DNA from: the human T2T-CHM13v2.0 reference genome, Homo sapiens
NCBI RefSeq assembly: GCF_009914755.1
Contig: NC_060936.1
Strand: one strand, 5' to 3'
Length of the DNA stretch: 64,000 nucleotides
This document shows, one piece after another, positions 25,359 to 39,069 of this stretch (the stretch's first letter is position 1; every line of letters starts with the position of its first letter). A model generated the notes under the pieces. That model was not told the DNA's origin and did not search any database. It saw only the letters and a list, made by a program, of their open reading frames with translations. A program made the translations under genes and the position numbers.

Positions 25359-26972
25359 TTTTTTTTTTTTTTTATTGATCATTCTTGGGTGTTTCTCGCA
25401 GAGGGGGATTTGGCAGGGTCATAGGACAATAGTGGAGGGAAGGTCAGCAGATAAACAAGTGAACACAGGTCTCTGGTTTTCCTAGGCAGAGGACCCTGGG
25501 GCCTTCCGCAGTGTTTGTGTCCTTGGGTACTTGAGATTAGGGAGTGGTGATGAGTCTTAAGGAGCATGCTGCCTTCAAGCATCTGTTTAACAAAGCACAT
25601 CTTGCACCGCCCTTAATCCATTTAACCCTGAGTGGACACAGCACATGTTTCAGAGAGCACCGGGTTGGGGGTAAGGTCATAGATCAACAGCATCCCAAGG
25701 CAGAAGAATTTTTCTTAGTACAGAACAAAATGGAGTCCCCTATGTCTACTTCTTTCTACACAGACACAGCAACAATCTGATTTCTCTATCTTTTCCCCAC
25801 ATTTCCCCCTTTTCTATTCGACAAAACCGCCATCGTCATCATGGCCCGTTCTCAATGAGCTGTTGGGTACACCTCCCAGACTGGGTGGCGGCCGGGCAGA
25901 GGGGCTCCTCACTTCCCAGAAGGGGTGGCCGGGCAGAGGCACCCCCCCACCTCCCGGACGGGGCGGCTGGCCGGGCGGGGGCTGCCCCCCACCTCCCTCC
26001 CGGACGGGGCGGCTGGCCGGGCGGGGGCTGACCCCCCACCTCCCTCCCGGACGGGGCGGCTGGCCGGGCGGGGGCTGACCCCCCACCTCCCTCCCGGACG
26101 GGGCGGCTGGCCGGGCGGGGGCTGACCCCCCCACCTCCCGGATGGGGCGGCTGCCGGGCGGAGATGCTCCTCACTTCCCGGACGGGGCGGCTGCCGAGCG
26201 GAGGGGCTCCTCAGTTCTCAAAGGGGGCAGCTGCCGGGTGGAGGGGCTCCTCTCAGACGGGGCAGCCGGCCAGAGACGCTCCTCACCTCCCAGACGGGGT
26301 CGCGCTGGGCAGAGGCGCTCCTCACTTCCCAGATGGGGCGGCGGGGAAGAGGCGCTCCCCACATCTCAGACAATGGGCGGCCGGGCAGATATGCTCCTCA
26401 CTTCCTAGACGGGATGGTGGCCGGGAAGAGGCGCTCCTCACTTCCCAGACTGGGCAGCCGGGCAGAGGGGCTCCTCACATCCCAGACGATGGGTGGCCAG
26501 GCAGAGATGCTCCTCACTTCCCAGACGGTGGCGGCCGGGCAGAGGCTGCAATCTCGGTACTTTGGTAGACCAAGGCAGGCGGCTGGGAGGTGGAGGTTGT
26601 AGCGAGCCGAGATCACGCCACTGCACTCCAGCCTGGGCAACATTGAGCACTGAGTGAATGAGACTTCATCTGCAATCCCGGCACCTCGGGAGGCCGAGGC
26701 TGGCAGATCACTCCCGGATAGGAGCTGGAGACCAGCCCGGCCAACACAGCGAAACCCTGTCTCCACCAAAAAAATACGAAAACCAATCAGGCGTGGCGGC
26801 GCGCGCCTGCAATCGCAGGCACTCGGAAGGTTGAGGCAGGAGAATCAGGCAGGGAGGTTGCAGTGAGCAGAGATGGCAGCAGTACAGTCCAGCTTCGGCT
26901 GGGCATCAGAGGGAGACCATTGAAAGAGGGAGAGAGAGAGGGAGACCGTGGGGAGAGGGAGAGGGAGAGGGA
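25359..26972 (-). mobile_element. Full-length SVA retrotransposon (older subfamily, SVA_B/C-like)
   Basis: Poly-T, SINE-R (~25374-25880), GC-rich VNTR (~25880-26540), Alu-like region, then (AGAGGG)n hexamer. 13-bp TSD GTTGTGTCTATTT at 25346-25358 and 26973-26985. Confidence 0.97.
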
Positions 26973-27936
26973 GTTGTGTCTATTTAACACATTTTCTTAT
27001 CCTAAACCAAGTATTAGAAGCTTTGTATTTCCCTCACACTGTCCTGTTAGCCATTTTCCCCTGTCTACCACCTCCCTAATGCTAAGCTTTATTAGTCATT
27101 TTAAAATAGAACCAAATCTTTTTAAATACCTGTGATGTGTGCTCATAACTAGCCTGGGTGTCTGTATAATCTTCCTTTTATTCTCATAATAATAGAAAGC
27201 AGTTAAATTACTGGCTGATCACCTTGAACTTGTTGGGGCTTGGGTTTCTTTTTTAGGCTAGGTCTGTAGGAAGCTCAGAGTATTTACCAAACACATCTAA
27301 CTTGGCAGGGTTCAAGCCCCAGTCTTTGGGTCTTGTGGTGAAAAAAAAGAAAGTGGTCCCTACTCTGTGTTTGCAGACTTCCACCTCTTACTTTCCATTG
27401 GGTGTCTTCGAGTTTCTCTTATCATATGCAGCTCAGAGGTCAGCCCAGGACTTATACACAGATTTTGGGATTCCCTTCTTCTGTGACTCCCTCTTTTCTG
27501 AGATTTCTCCTAATTACAGCTACTCTAGCAGTCCTGAGTTCCATCCTTTCACACCTCAAACCAATCATACTGCACCTTTCTAACTAGGGTGTGCCCTCTG
27601 GGGGAAAAGCCATATAAACATGGATCTCACCCAGTGAGATCTTTCAACTGAGTCCATCCAGTTCCTGCCTTCTTTTGTTTACTCTTCAATGTTTCCAAAA
27701 AGATTTTTTCCCTTTTTAAATGAGTCAATCTACTGGAAAGCTAATATAATAAAAGCTCCTCTACCATGACCTGCCTAAGAACCTTGTCTTGATTGTAGTT
27801 AACATGTGTTATGTGTAGTCTTTCTGTTTATTAGATAAGGAAGTTGTGGGTGTTATTTTTGGTTTTGTGAAACTAAAAGGGAGAATTCCTGAAAATAGTT
27901 TAGGTGGCAACAGTAAGTTTTTGGAATATGGACTTC

Positions 27937-28302
27937 TGTATTAGCCCATTCTCATGCTGCCAATAAAGACATACCCGAGACTGGGTAATTTATGAAGGAA
28001 AGAGGTTTGATCAACTCACAGTTCCACATGGCTGCAGAGGCCTCACAATCATGGCAGAAGGTGAAGGAGGAGCAAAGTCACATTTTACATGGTGGCAGGC
28101 AAAGAGAATGCTTACACAGGACAACTCCCATTTATAAAACAATTGGCTCTCGTGAGACTTACTCACTACTAGGAGTGAGTATGGGAAAGACCTGCCCCCA
28201 TGATTTAGTTACCTCCCCCTGGGTCCCTCCCATGACACCTGGGAATTATGGGAGCTAAAATTCAAGATGAGATTTGGTTGGGGACACAGCCAAACCATAT
28301 CA
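27937..28302 (-). mobile_element. THE1 (THE1B-like) solo LTR
   Basis: tgtattagcccattctcatgctgccaataaagacatacccgagactggg...ccaaaccatatca; near-TSD ACTTC/CCTTC. Confidence 0.93.
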
Positions 28303-29414
28303 CCTTCTAATATGGTCCTCTAACAAAGTTTGTCGTAGTATTTGTTATTAAATGCAATGACAACTTGAGGGAACCTTGTGTGAAAAAAACGGTATCAAGA
28401 AACGCAAAAGTGACCTACTCTAGACAAGATGAACTCGCCTAATGGGGGCTAACTAATGCAAAGTACAATATGATTATCACTGAGGAGGAATATAAGGGCT
28501 AGGGTGTTTACATGAGAATAGAAATCACATCTGACCGAAGGGACAAAGACATACTTCATGGAGAAATTCACACTGGAGATTATTTGTATGGAAACCTGTG
28601 GAGACACTGCAGAAAGCATTTCAGGCAGAATAATGTGATGCAAACCATATGGCTGAGAAGCAGGTGGTGACAGTGGCCAACACTTATGCAGTGCTATGTG
28701 ACAGGCACCAGTCTAAATATTGAACATGAATTTATTTAAGCCTCATAGAGATGCCCTAAGGCAAATGCTATTATGATCCCCATTTTTACTGACAAGGAAA
28801 ATAAGTCATAGGGAATTGAAATAGTTTACAAACAGGAAATGCGGCTCCAGAACATGCCCTCTTAACCAGGGCGCTATACTGATTCCTGCTAAACTTGCAT
28901 CATCTGATGGCCTGTGCATCCAAAGAACTGAGGTTATTTTTAGGAAGAAAGTAAGAACAGTGCTCTGCTGTATACAGTGAGGAGCAAGGAAAGCATATGT
29001 CCCACGCAGAGACCCACAGATAAATTGGTGTGGAGAGAAACATAGTTATTTAGATTCGATAGCCAGGTTTCAGTTCGCACCAGAAGAATGGCTCTGTGAG
29101 ACAGGCCCTCCACTCTCCTGTAGATCCTGTTGTAAGTGATGCAGAAGCCAGAGAGAAGGTTGCTCTCCATCAGAAACATGAGGAGTTTTGGAGACCTCCC
29201 TAAAATATTTGATCTGAAAGGGTTTGAAGCCAGGAGGAGAGATGCAGTCTTAGGAGAAACGTTTCATGAGCTGTAACAGGTACCCTATCAGTCTTTCTCA
29301 GTAAGTACTATTCTTTGTAATTTTTATATTTTCCTTGCAACCCTATCACTCTCTAAAGGTCTAGTGAAAAAATCAAATTTAGATGAAACCTAGCTTGACC
29401 TAGAATCTTCACTC

Positions 29415-29418
<4 letters not shown>

Positions 29419-29458
<40 letters not shown>
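29419..29458. repeat. (TG)n microsatellite
   Basis: About 20 TG units. Confidence 0.98.
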
Positions 29459-29461
<3 letters not shown>

Positions 29462-30450
29462 AATGTATACATTGGGTCTTTGGGCCAAATACATTGTAAG
29501 GTTTCAGAGGTATAAACAGGCCCTGGGCTGTGGAGAACCATGGGAGGGGATGATCTTGATCTAAGTCAGTAGTTTTTACTTAGCCACATCTAGAAATCTA
29601 TGTCTTGGTCATAAATTTTGTTCTTTGAAATGCAGGGAAATGTATCATAAAATGCAGGAAATGCAAGGAAAAGTAACACATTAAAGCTAATTGGTTATTA
29701 ATATTATAAAAGCATATGAGAATGTCTTATTCTATTCCCTCCAGCTCTCCAACCATATCCCCCACACATACCCACACACTGCCTGCCCACACATAAGCAC
29801 AAGTATTTCTGGGGATCATGAGCATGAGAACTTTAGGGGTATTGCTAGGAAAAGAAGGAAGAGAGTAAGTAGGAAGACTGAAGACAGAGAAAGGAACCAC
29901 CAGAAAGAGTAGAAAAAAAGAGAGAAATCCTTTCTTCACATACCAATGACTCTAAGAATACCTTTCTCCATTAAAATAATATCCAAGAGGCACATTGGAA
30001 TGAAATACATGTGGAATACTGATATGAAAAGACAGAAGAATATAATAGGATCTGAGTTGAAAGACCATGCTTATCTCTTCACTTGTACTATAAAAATTTA
30101 CAGTGATGTCCTTTAGTTGGGGTAACTGTGATGAGCAACATTGAAACCCTTTATGCCAATTTTGTTTTCAAAATGCATTGTCTTAAATTTTCTCTCAAGG
30201 TGGCACTCCTGGACATCTTTTCCAGTTATTAGTCTGACAGGAACTTGGTACCATTTTACTTACCTTCATAATGTCACAGATGCTAGTCAATTTTTCATTT
30301 TTTTTAAAAAAATGCATTCTTTGAACATTTTTAGCTTTAAGCAAATATATTTGCTTATTTTTGTCATTGAGCATTTTGAAAACATGTGGTTAGAAGCTTG
30401 AAGCAGATAATCATAGCTGCATTCTATTCCCCGTAATTAAGAATATGTAA

Positions 30451-31303
<853 letters not shown>

Positions 31304-33913
31304 CTATAGAGTAGGTTGCTTGATAAAGAATGAAAGCAAAGTGATTCTATTTGTTATGTAATGTGAGTGACATGGAAGGTAAATTTTTTTAAATAGTCAT
31401 GGATTTCAGCTTTCTGAAAGGAATGCAATTTGGAAGTTTCTCCAAATCTCCAAATGGTTTTGAGTTACATATAATGCAACCTGACACCTAGCTTGATATT
31501 TGAATTCTGTGTAGCTAGAAAGTTGATAGACTATGGATCTTTTCTGTTTTATAATGTTTGGTATTATACTGGACCTTTCCTTGTGTTAATTTTTTCTCTT
31601 TATTAACATATGAAAAATTCTGTGAACTATTGATCATCCAATGAGATTTTCTCAGTCTCAAAAGACAAATAATGCAATTTGGAAAACTGTAAATTTGTTT
31701 GCATGTAATCTGAATCTCTAGGTATACTCTAATTTTTTTTTTCAGTAAATTCTGAGTTAAATGTTTATCGTTACAATGCCAGAGGATTAACTTAATTTTT
31801 CTATCTTCCAAATCCAGTTTTCCTCCATCAGGAACAAATTTTCATCAAACTGAAATAATGGTGTAGTTTTTGGAAGAAAACTGCTTATTATGAGAAATAA
31901 TTAGCAGGCATCTAAGAAAAAAATTCTAATTGAATTTGGCGTTCATATTTTTTAAGGGTTTTGTAATTTAGGCTTAATATTTGATAAGGGTAAATTAACC
32001 AAGATCAAAACCTTTAAAATATTCGAATTGATAACTATTTTGTAATTATTGAAATAACTTTTCTCTAATAAATAAAGGAGAAATACATTGAACAAAATAA
32101 AAACCAACCAACTTTCTGCTACACACTAAATTTTGATAGACTGTCTTTGTCTAAAACAGTAAGGCAGCTATAAATACAGAACACTTGAGCTAGAGTCAGA
32201 ATACCTGGATTCAAGTCCTGGCTCTGCCATTAACATGCTGTGTGAACCTAGGAAGGTGAACCTATTAGATCAAATGAGAAAGGAAAATGCATACAAAAAT
32301 TATTAAATGGCTGTTAATTGCACACAGTATAAGGGTTATGCATGATTTATTTAATATGACTGAGGCAATACACCAAATAGTTTTATTAACTTTTATCATA
32401 ATTTTTGTATGATGTTAAATAGTGTTAGATAATTGAGTCATTCTTTGTTGCTATCTTCAGGAATGTTTTAAAATGGCTTTTTACATCATTTAAAATGTCA
32501 GTTCCTTCTTTAAGTTGAAAAGACACAGATTTTGGTCACTTTTTTGTATACTTGCTAATTATTACAGTTAATGACCTTGTCTTCCCAAAACAGTGATGTT
32601 CTAAAATGTTCTAAATGTTCCATTTGATGTTCTAAAATAAATGTTACATTTGGTACATTATTTAGAATTACATTAGTTGGGCATTTTACCAATGCAAGGA
32701 AGAAATAAGGAAAGTCGTTGAGAGTAGAGAAACATGAGTTAGGAGAGGATATTTTGCTTCCATCTACATAGTCTCTCCCTGGTGGGCCCCAGAACTTTAA
32801 CATTGGAATGTATAGCAAAGCCTCATCAAGAAGTGAGACTTGGGATAAAAGTTGAGTTCAAAATATCTACCTTCTTTTTCATCTTCTGTCTCCTTCAGCA
32901 CACTGAAACCCACAGAGATAGATTCTAATTGGTCTACTCTGGTTCCCACTCACAACACACACAATAGGCTTCCATCTGAGCCATACTAGGACTCACTCAA
33001 TATCACCTATGAATATTTTCCTTTGACTCAGATGCCATCCATGGTCCTTAGTTATGGCCAGCATAGCAGAATAGGTTACATTAAAAATGTAATTCTCATG
33101 TTGCTTCAGCTTTATTTAGAAACAGTTCTAGCTGCTCTCATGATAAGGAGGTATGAACAAGAAAAATATCCATTGATACAGCCAATATAGCAATATGCCA
33201 TTTTTATAACAACCGGAAACATTTTAATGTAATAAATACAAGTATATATGTGTGGTTTTATTTTCCCTATTTTTTCTTATGGCTCCCATAAAAATATAAT
33301 AACTGGGCCAATCAATGATTATTTGCCAAGTTCCTGAAGCTCTTCATTTGCAGTTTGCTGTAGCAGTATGCATAACAATATGCAATGAAAAGGTAAGATA
33401 TAAAGGGATATATAATGTCAGGAAGCTTTTCATGACGTTGCTCTCCTCCTCATAACTGAATATGTTTTTCTGTACTTATAGCCATCATCACACCATTCAA
33501 GTTGCTAACTTACTTATCTGTATTTCTTACTAGACTATAAGCTTCATGAATCCAAAGACTGTGTCTGTCACATTCACAAATAGCCAGCATATAAACATAG
33601 CAAATGTTCAAGAAAGAGCTTTTGACTGACTTAATGAATATGAATAACTAGATGCCCAAGGAGACCAAACTAGAATAATTTTATATTATTTAAATACAAA
33701 ACTCTGGTTAAATTTAAGTCTACTAAATTTTAGTCTAGCAACACTCTATGGAGTACTTATTTTCTATTCTTTTATCTAAAATGCAACTACCTTAATGCTC
33801 AAAGGCCAATATATTTTTCCACTAGAATGCCTTCCTAAAAGAAAAATAGCTGGGAGGCTGTGGATTAGAAGAGAGTCAGGATTTAGATCAACCAATCAAT
33901 GTATAGACTTTCT

Positions 33914-34005
33914 TTTCTTATTTTTTTTTTTTATTTTTTTTATTTTTGAGACGGAGTCTCGCTCTGTCTCCCAGGCTGGAGTGCTGTGGCGCAATCTTGG
34001 CTCAC
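33914..34005 (-). mobile_element. Severely 5'-truncated Alu
   Basis: About 60 bp of Alu 3' end plus tail, between 17-bp TSDs CAATGT(A/G)TAGACTTTCT at 33897-33913 and 34006-34022. Confidence 0.92.
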
Positions 34006-35261
34006 CAATGTGTAGACTTTCTATGGTCACTAACATGACCAAACCATATCAATTTATTCAATTTTTGCAATATTTCATTATTAATACTTTGTATTATTAA
34101 TGCTTTTTTGCAATTATTTATTTGTATTAATATACTTAATATTTGTATTAATGATTTTAATATGTAATATATTATATTCCTTTTATATAAATATGCAGAA
34201 TATTTATTTAGAAATTTATATATATTTATTATTTAGAAACATTTAACATTTAAAAATAAGTAATGTCCTAAATAACGTAATGTTCTAAATAAACATTTCT
34301 TAGAAATATATTTGTGTGCGCATGCCCATGTGTGTACGTGTGTGTGTTTATGCCAGCTGTAAAAGGAAAATTCTCTACTTTGTATTTTTGATAATTAGAA
34401 TTATGGTGGTGGTGATTTGCTTTGATATAAAACATTTGACAAACATCACCAGTGAATGTCTGTCTGATGCTATTTAAAATTAAAATATTATCACATATTA
34501 ATATGTATAGAAAAATAAAGACATGAAAAGAAATCAAGGCTAAAGATAAAAAGGCATTTCTCTTTGCAACATCAGCAGTTGTAGTTGTGGCTCGTTTCTC
34601 TTTTGCCATTTACCCATTTAAAAACAATATCCTTTGTCTTGCAGTTGTATCGATAAATTCTTCAGGCATTCAGTTCCAAAGTTGCTCTCTGAAGATGTTG
34701 GAGCTCTGAGTCACTGAGGATTAGCTTGAATTTAATGTTTGATGTCATATTGGTGCTTTTTAAATTGTGGACCATCATACCTAAATTTTTACCTAGATCT
34801 TTCCTAATCTAGCATATCAAATAATATTAAAAAGCTATCAAAATAAGCAAGACCATTATTGGATGCCATCTACCCACAGTACTGTCTGACCCTGAAAACA
34901 AATACAGTCAACTCACTTATCTGTGGCTTCCAGTGTTCATTTATGTTATCTACCTTGCCAATTAAAAATAGAGAAATCTTATACATAATGAAATAGTTCT
35001 TGTGATTCTCAAAAGCATGACTTAATTTGCACTGATTTACTCATATATGATTTGGTATAGCGGTTTATTATCCTTACTAAGCAATTCTATAGAATTTTAC
35101 ATTCAAAATCAGTATCTTGTTTTTGCTCTTATAGAACACAACATAAAGTGAATATCAACAAATTGATAATTACAAACCAAATAGCAATAATCATTATAGT
35201 TTAAACAACTATTTACAACTAGTACAATATTTATACAAATATTGTATTATATAAATAAATA

Positions 35262-35680
35262 AAACAACAACTATTTATTTAGCTCGTAACTCTGTTGGTC
35301 AGCAATTTGGACTGGGCTGAACTGTGTGATTTTCTGCTGGTCTCAGTTACACCTACAAGTTCAGCTAAACCATTTTGCATGTCAAAACAAAAGAGTGTGA
35401 CCACCTATCAACTGGGGTTGTTGGGAAGCCTGGACTATATGTGTCCACCTTGCTAGTCTGGAAATGTTAACATGGTGGCCTTATCAGGGGTCCGAAGAGG
35501 ATCAAGAAAGGGCGAACCACAATATACAAGTAGTTTTCAAGTTGCTGCTTGTTTTATGTTTGCCACTGTTTTGCTGGACAAAGTAAATCACATAGCCAAG
35601 TCCAGTCACCATGGAAGGGTACCACCAAAGGGCTTGGATGAAGAGGGAAGAATTTGTAGCTGCTTTTTAAGTCAGCCACA
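35262..35680 (-). mobile_element. Old MLT1 LTR remnant
   Basis: aaaacaacaactatttatttagctc...gtcagcaatttggactgggct...aagtaaatcacatagccaagtcc. Confidence 0.6.
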
Positions 35681-38591
35681 GATGGACTTTGGGGAAACTG
35701 ACTCATGGATTCCTACTTTGCTGTCTTTTTAAAACTATTCATTTATTGTAATTAGAATTGACATTAGACAGCAGTTGGTAGCTTAGACAGCAGGCATTTC
35801 TGCTCTCTTATGCTGCCACATTGTGAGAACTGGACATTTAGCTCACCTTCCTGATGTTATATACTTTATAATATGTGAATTTACTCATTCTCAACTTTTC
35901 CTTATTAGTTCGTGTACTATTTTTTTGTTTCATCAGTTGAGAACTCTGATACTTTTAGGCATTGGCCTCAGATGTGCTGTGTATCATTAAATTATGTGAT
36001 TCAAAGTCCTGCAAGAATAAAAGAATAATCTCAGCCATAAGTCTTGAACTTTGTTATAAAAGAGTAGATTGCAACTGTCACCAGAAACTTAAATTTTCCT
36101 CTTAGGGCATTTTAAATGATTAACATGCTGAACTTCTTAGTAAATAGTTGGTTTTATGTATAAGTAAGAATCCAAAATAGTCTTTGTGTGGGTCTACCTT
36201 TATTTAAATGATTTTTCTGTGTTCTGAATATTGTGGAGTCTCCTATTTGGAATTATTGTTAGAATTCTGAAGTCCCACTTTGGGGAAAAAGTTATTCATC
36301 CCAGAGCCATAGACAACCTGTTTCTTTTTCTATGATTTCTTCCCTTCCTACTTCACTTTCCTGAGTTCATCCTATGCCATCTTTCTGTCCCTCCCAGTGT
36401 CAAAGGTCCCGAGGAAAGGGCCTGGTGAAATGGACTCTGGAGTTAGACTGAGGCCCAACAGCCTGACAAACCTTAAGTAAGTGTGTGATCTTTCTGCCTG
36501 TTTCATCCAGGTGTCAGTAACTTAGTCCCATGTTCCAGCGATGACCTGTTACTTCTAAGTAACAGAAAAATAACCCCAACTTAAGTAAAAACAAAATAAA
36601 ATGAAAAGGAATTTACTGGGGAATCAGAGAAACAGCTACAAAGTTCTAAGCCCTTCCTAGTGCCTAAGGGCTAGAACTGGCTCTCAGAATGTTTTTCCTT
36701 GTCTTTATTTCTCTTTGCCTGTTGGCTTTTCCTCTCCTACTACAGGCAGATTCTTCCATTCAGTCAGGAATAATGACCAACAGGATCCCTATGCTCATAT
36801 CAGCTTAGCAGTCATTAAGGAAAGAAGGATTAGGACTGAGTTTCTTTCTTTCATTACCTTTGATTACTCTGGTTCCAGAGTCAAAAAAGCCTTTGTTATC
36901 ATTAAATACAAGTGAAATACTATTGAATTTTACTACATGGCAGATGCTGTTCTGTGAGGTTTCCATGATTAAGTAATTTAATCCTCACAGGAATTATTAT
37001 AGATAATCATATAAAGTAGGTATAATTCCATATTATACCCATTTTACAGATGAAGATATTGAATAAATAATAATGAAATAACTTTTCCAGTCACACAGCT
37101 AGTAAATGGCAGAGCCAGGATTCAGTGTAAGGAAATCTATGCCAGGGACAAAGCATTTGTGAACCTGCCATGGTTTGGAGGTTTCCTAAGTTTCTACATA
37201 GGCCCCTCCCAGGAAATGGCAATTCATGTTCTAAAACAGTTTTTAAAAACTAAAACCTAATCCTCTTTGAAAAGATAGTAAATTTGAAATACATTTGTAG
37301 GTACATTTTTGACAGTGTGCAATTCAGGACTCAGAGTTGGAAAACAACCTCAGGTTTATTTGGATAGCTGGAAAAACTAAAGGACTAAACGTAATTTTGG
37401 CTGGAGAGTAAATGATCATGTAAACCAAAGACCTGTCCAAAAAATTTTATATTGGATTCATTCCATTTTTGTTATGATTAGCCAGGTTTGAGGTTTGCAT
37501 TATTTCTTGTTCTTTATGTGGGCATTAGTTATCTACTTTATAAAGAATATTTTACTGTAATTTTTAAAAGAAATACAACAAATACTTTGTACTATTGGAT
37601 GTAAATAAAACACTTACATGCAGTGAAATGACTTATAGTAATTTATAAATTAAAGTTTCTTACTGTGGAACAAATTGAATTGTGGAGCAACAGGATTCTG
37701 TATCTTTTGAAATCTGGTGTTGTGGAATAAGCTACATTTTCATAAATGAGAGTTTATTTTCCTGTCAACTCCCAATTAGTTTTTACTCTTGTCAACTGAT
37801 GTTCAGCTTCTTAATTTTATTTGAGCTGCACAGAATATACAAGTTTCTTGTTCTGAAAGCTCTTGTTATCTGCAAAGAGGCTGGAAAGAGGCTGTGCAGG
37901 TTAACGACTATCTCTCTCACCTCTGGGGCTGTTTCTTCAAGTCCAAGATCAATTCCTTTTTTTCTGACTACTGCCCGTCGCATAAAGTAAAATAAAAGTC
38001 TTTTTGAAACTAGTCATCACTCATAAGACATGATAAACAAAGACAAAGAAGAAAACTAACTATTCTGAAGTGAATTTTTGGCTGAAGACGTTACTTATCT
38101 TAAACCTCCAGAGACTTTGTTATCCAATTTTATAAAGAGTTGGTGGTTGGAAGTGCCATACGGGTTCACATTCAGATGAGAACATATTTTGCAAGGAAAA
38201 ATAGCCACATGTATAGGTTTGTGAAAATCAAAGTAAATATACTAAAGGACACGTTTTCAGGACTGAATCTAGAAGTTCTTGCAGTATAAAATTTTTTCCT
38301 ATGTTTTGCCCATTATCAATAAGTTTCAATAATCAATGATCAATTATCAATAAATATTGATCACTTGCGGTATGTTCTGAACTATTTTAAATATTGGCCA
38401 TGCCCTAGGAAAATAGGGTAAATTGACATGTATTGAATAACACCTGTGAGCTGGAAATTGTTATTCATTCATACAGCACATTTACTTTTCAAGGCTGGGG
38501 ATGAAGCAGTGAACTAGGTAGACAAGGTTCCTGGTTTCAAAGAGGTTACATTCTAGTAAAAGAGACAGATCATAATCAAGGAAACAGCATT

Positions 38592-38927
38592 CAGTCATGT
38601 GTCACTTAACAACGGCGATACATTTTGAGAAATACATTGTTAGGTGATTTCATCTGTTTGTGAACATCATAGTGTACTTACACAAACCTAGAGGGTGTAT
38701 CCTACTACACAGCTATGCTATATGGTATAGCCTATGGCTCCTAGGCTATAAACCTTTACAGCATGTTACTGTACCAAATATTGTAGGCAACTGTAACACA
38801 ATGGTAAGTATTTATGTATTTAAACATAGAAAATGTACAGTAAAAATACTGTATTATAATCTTAGGGGACCACCGTCATACATGAAGCCCATTGATGACC
38901 CCGACATCATTATGTGGCACCTGACTG
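38592..38927 (+). mobile_element. Tigger3a/MER7-type DNA transposon inside an L2 remnant
   Basis: Terminal inverted repeats cagtcatgtgtcacttaac / tatgtggcacctgactg; body cctactacac...gctatatggtatagccta. Confidence 0.85.
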
Positions 38928-39069
38928 TAATTTCAGATACTAGTAAATGCTATGAAGAAAATGTTAAAAGGGTGATATAATAGAGATAAGTCAAGAGGGG
39001 GACCCTGAGAAATAGGTGAAGGTATCTCTTAGAAGGAAATATTTGTGTCAAAACCTGAAGGAAACAGCT

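Noticed and set aside
25379-27135. Dense cluster of overlapping GC-rich ORFs
   Set aside because: All lie in the SVA VNTR, Alu-like or SINE-R parts; these are stop-poor repeat translations.
35223-36565. Short palindromes (10-bp stem at 35223; 9-bp stem near 36546)
   Set aside because: Short enough to arise by chance in AT-rich DNA.
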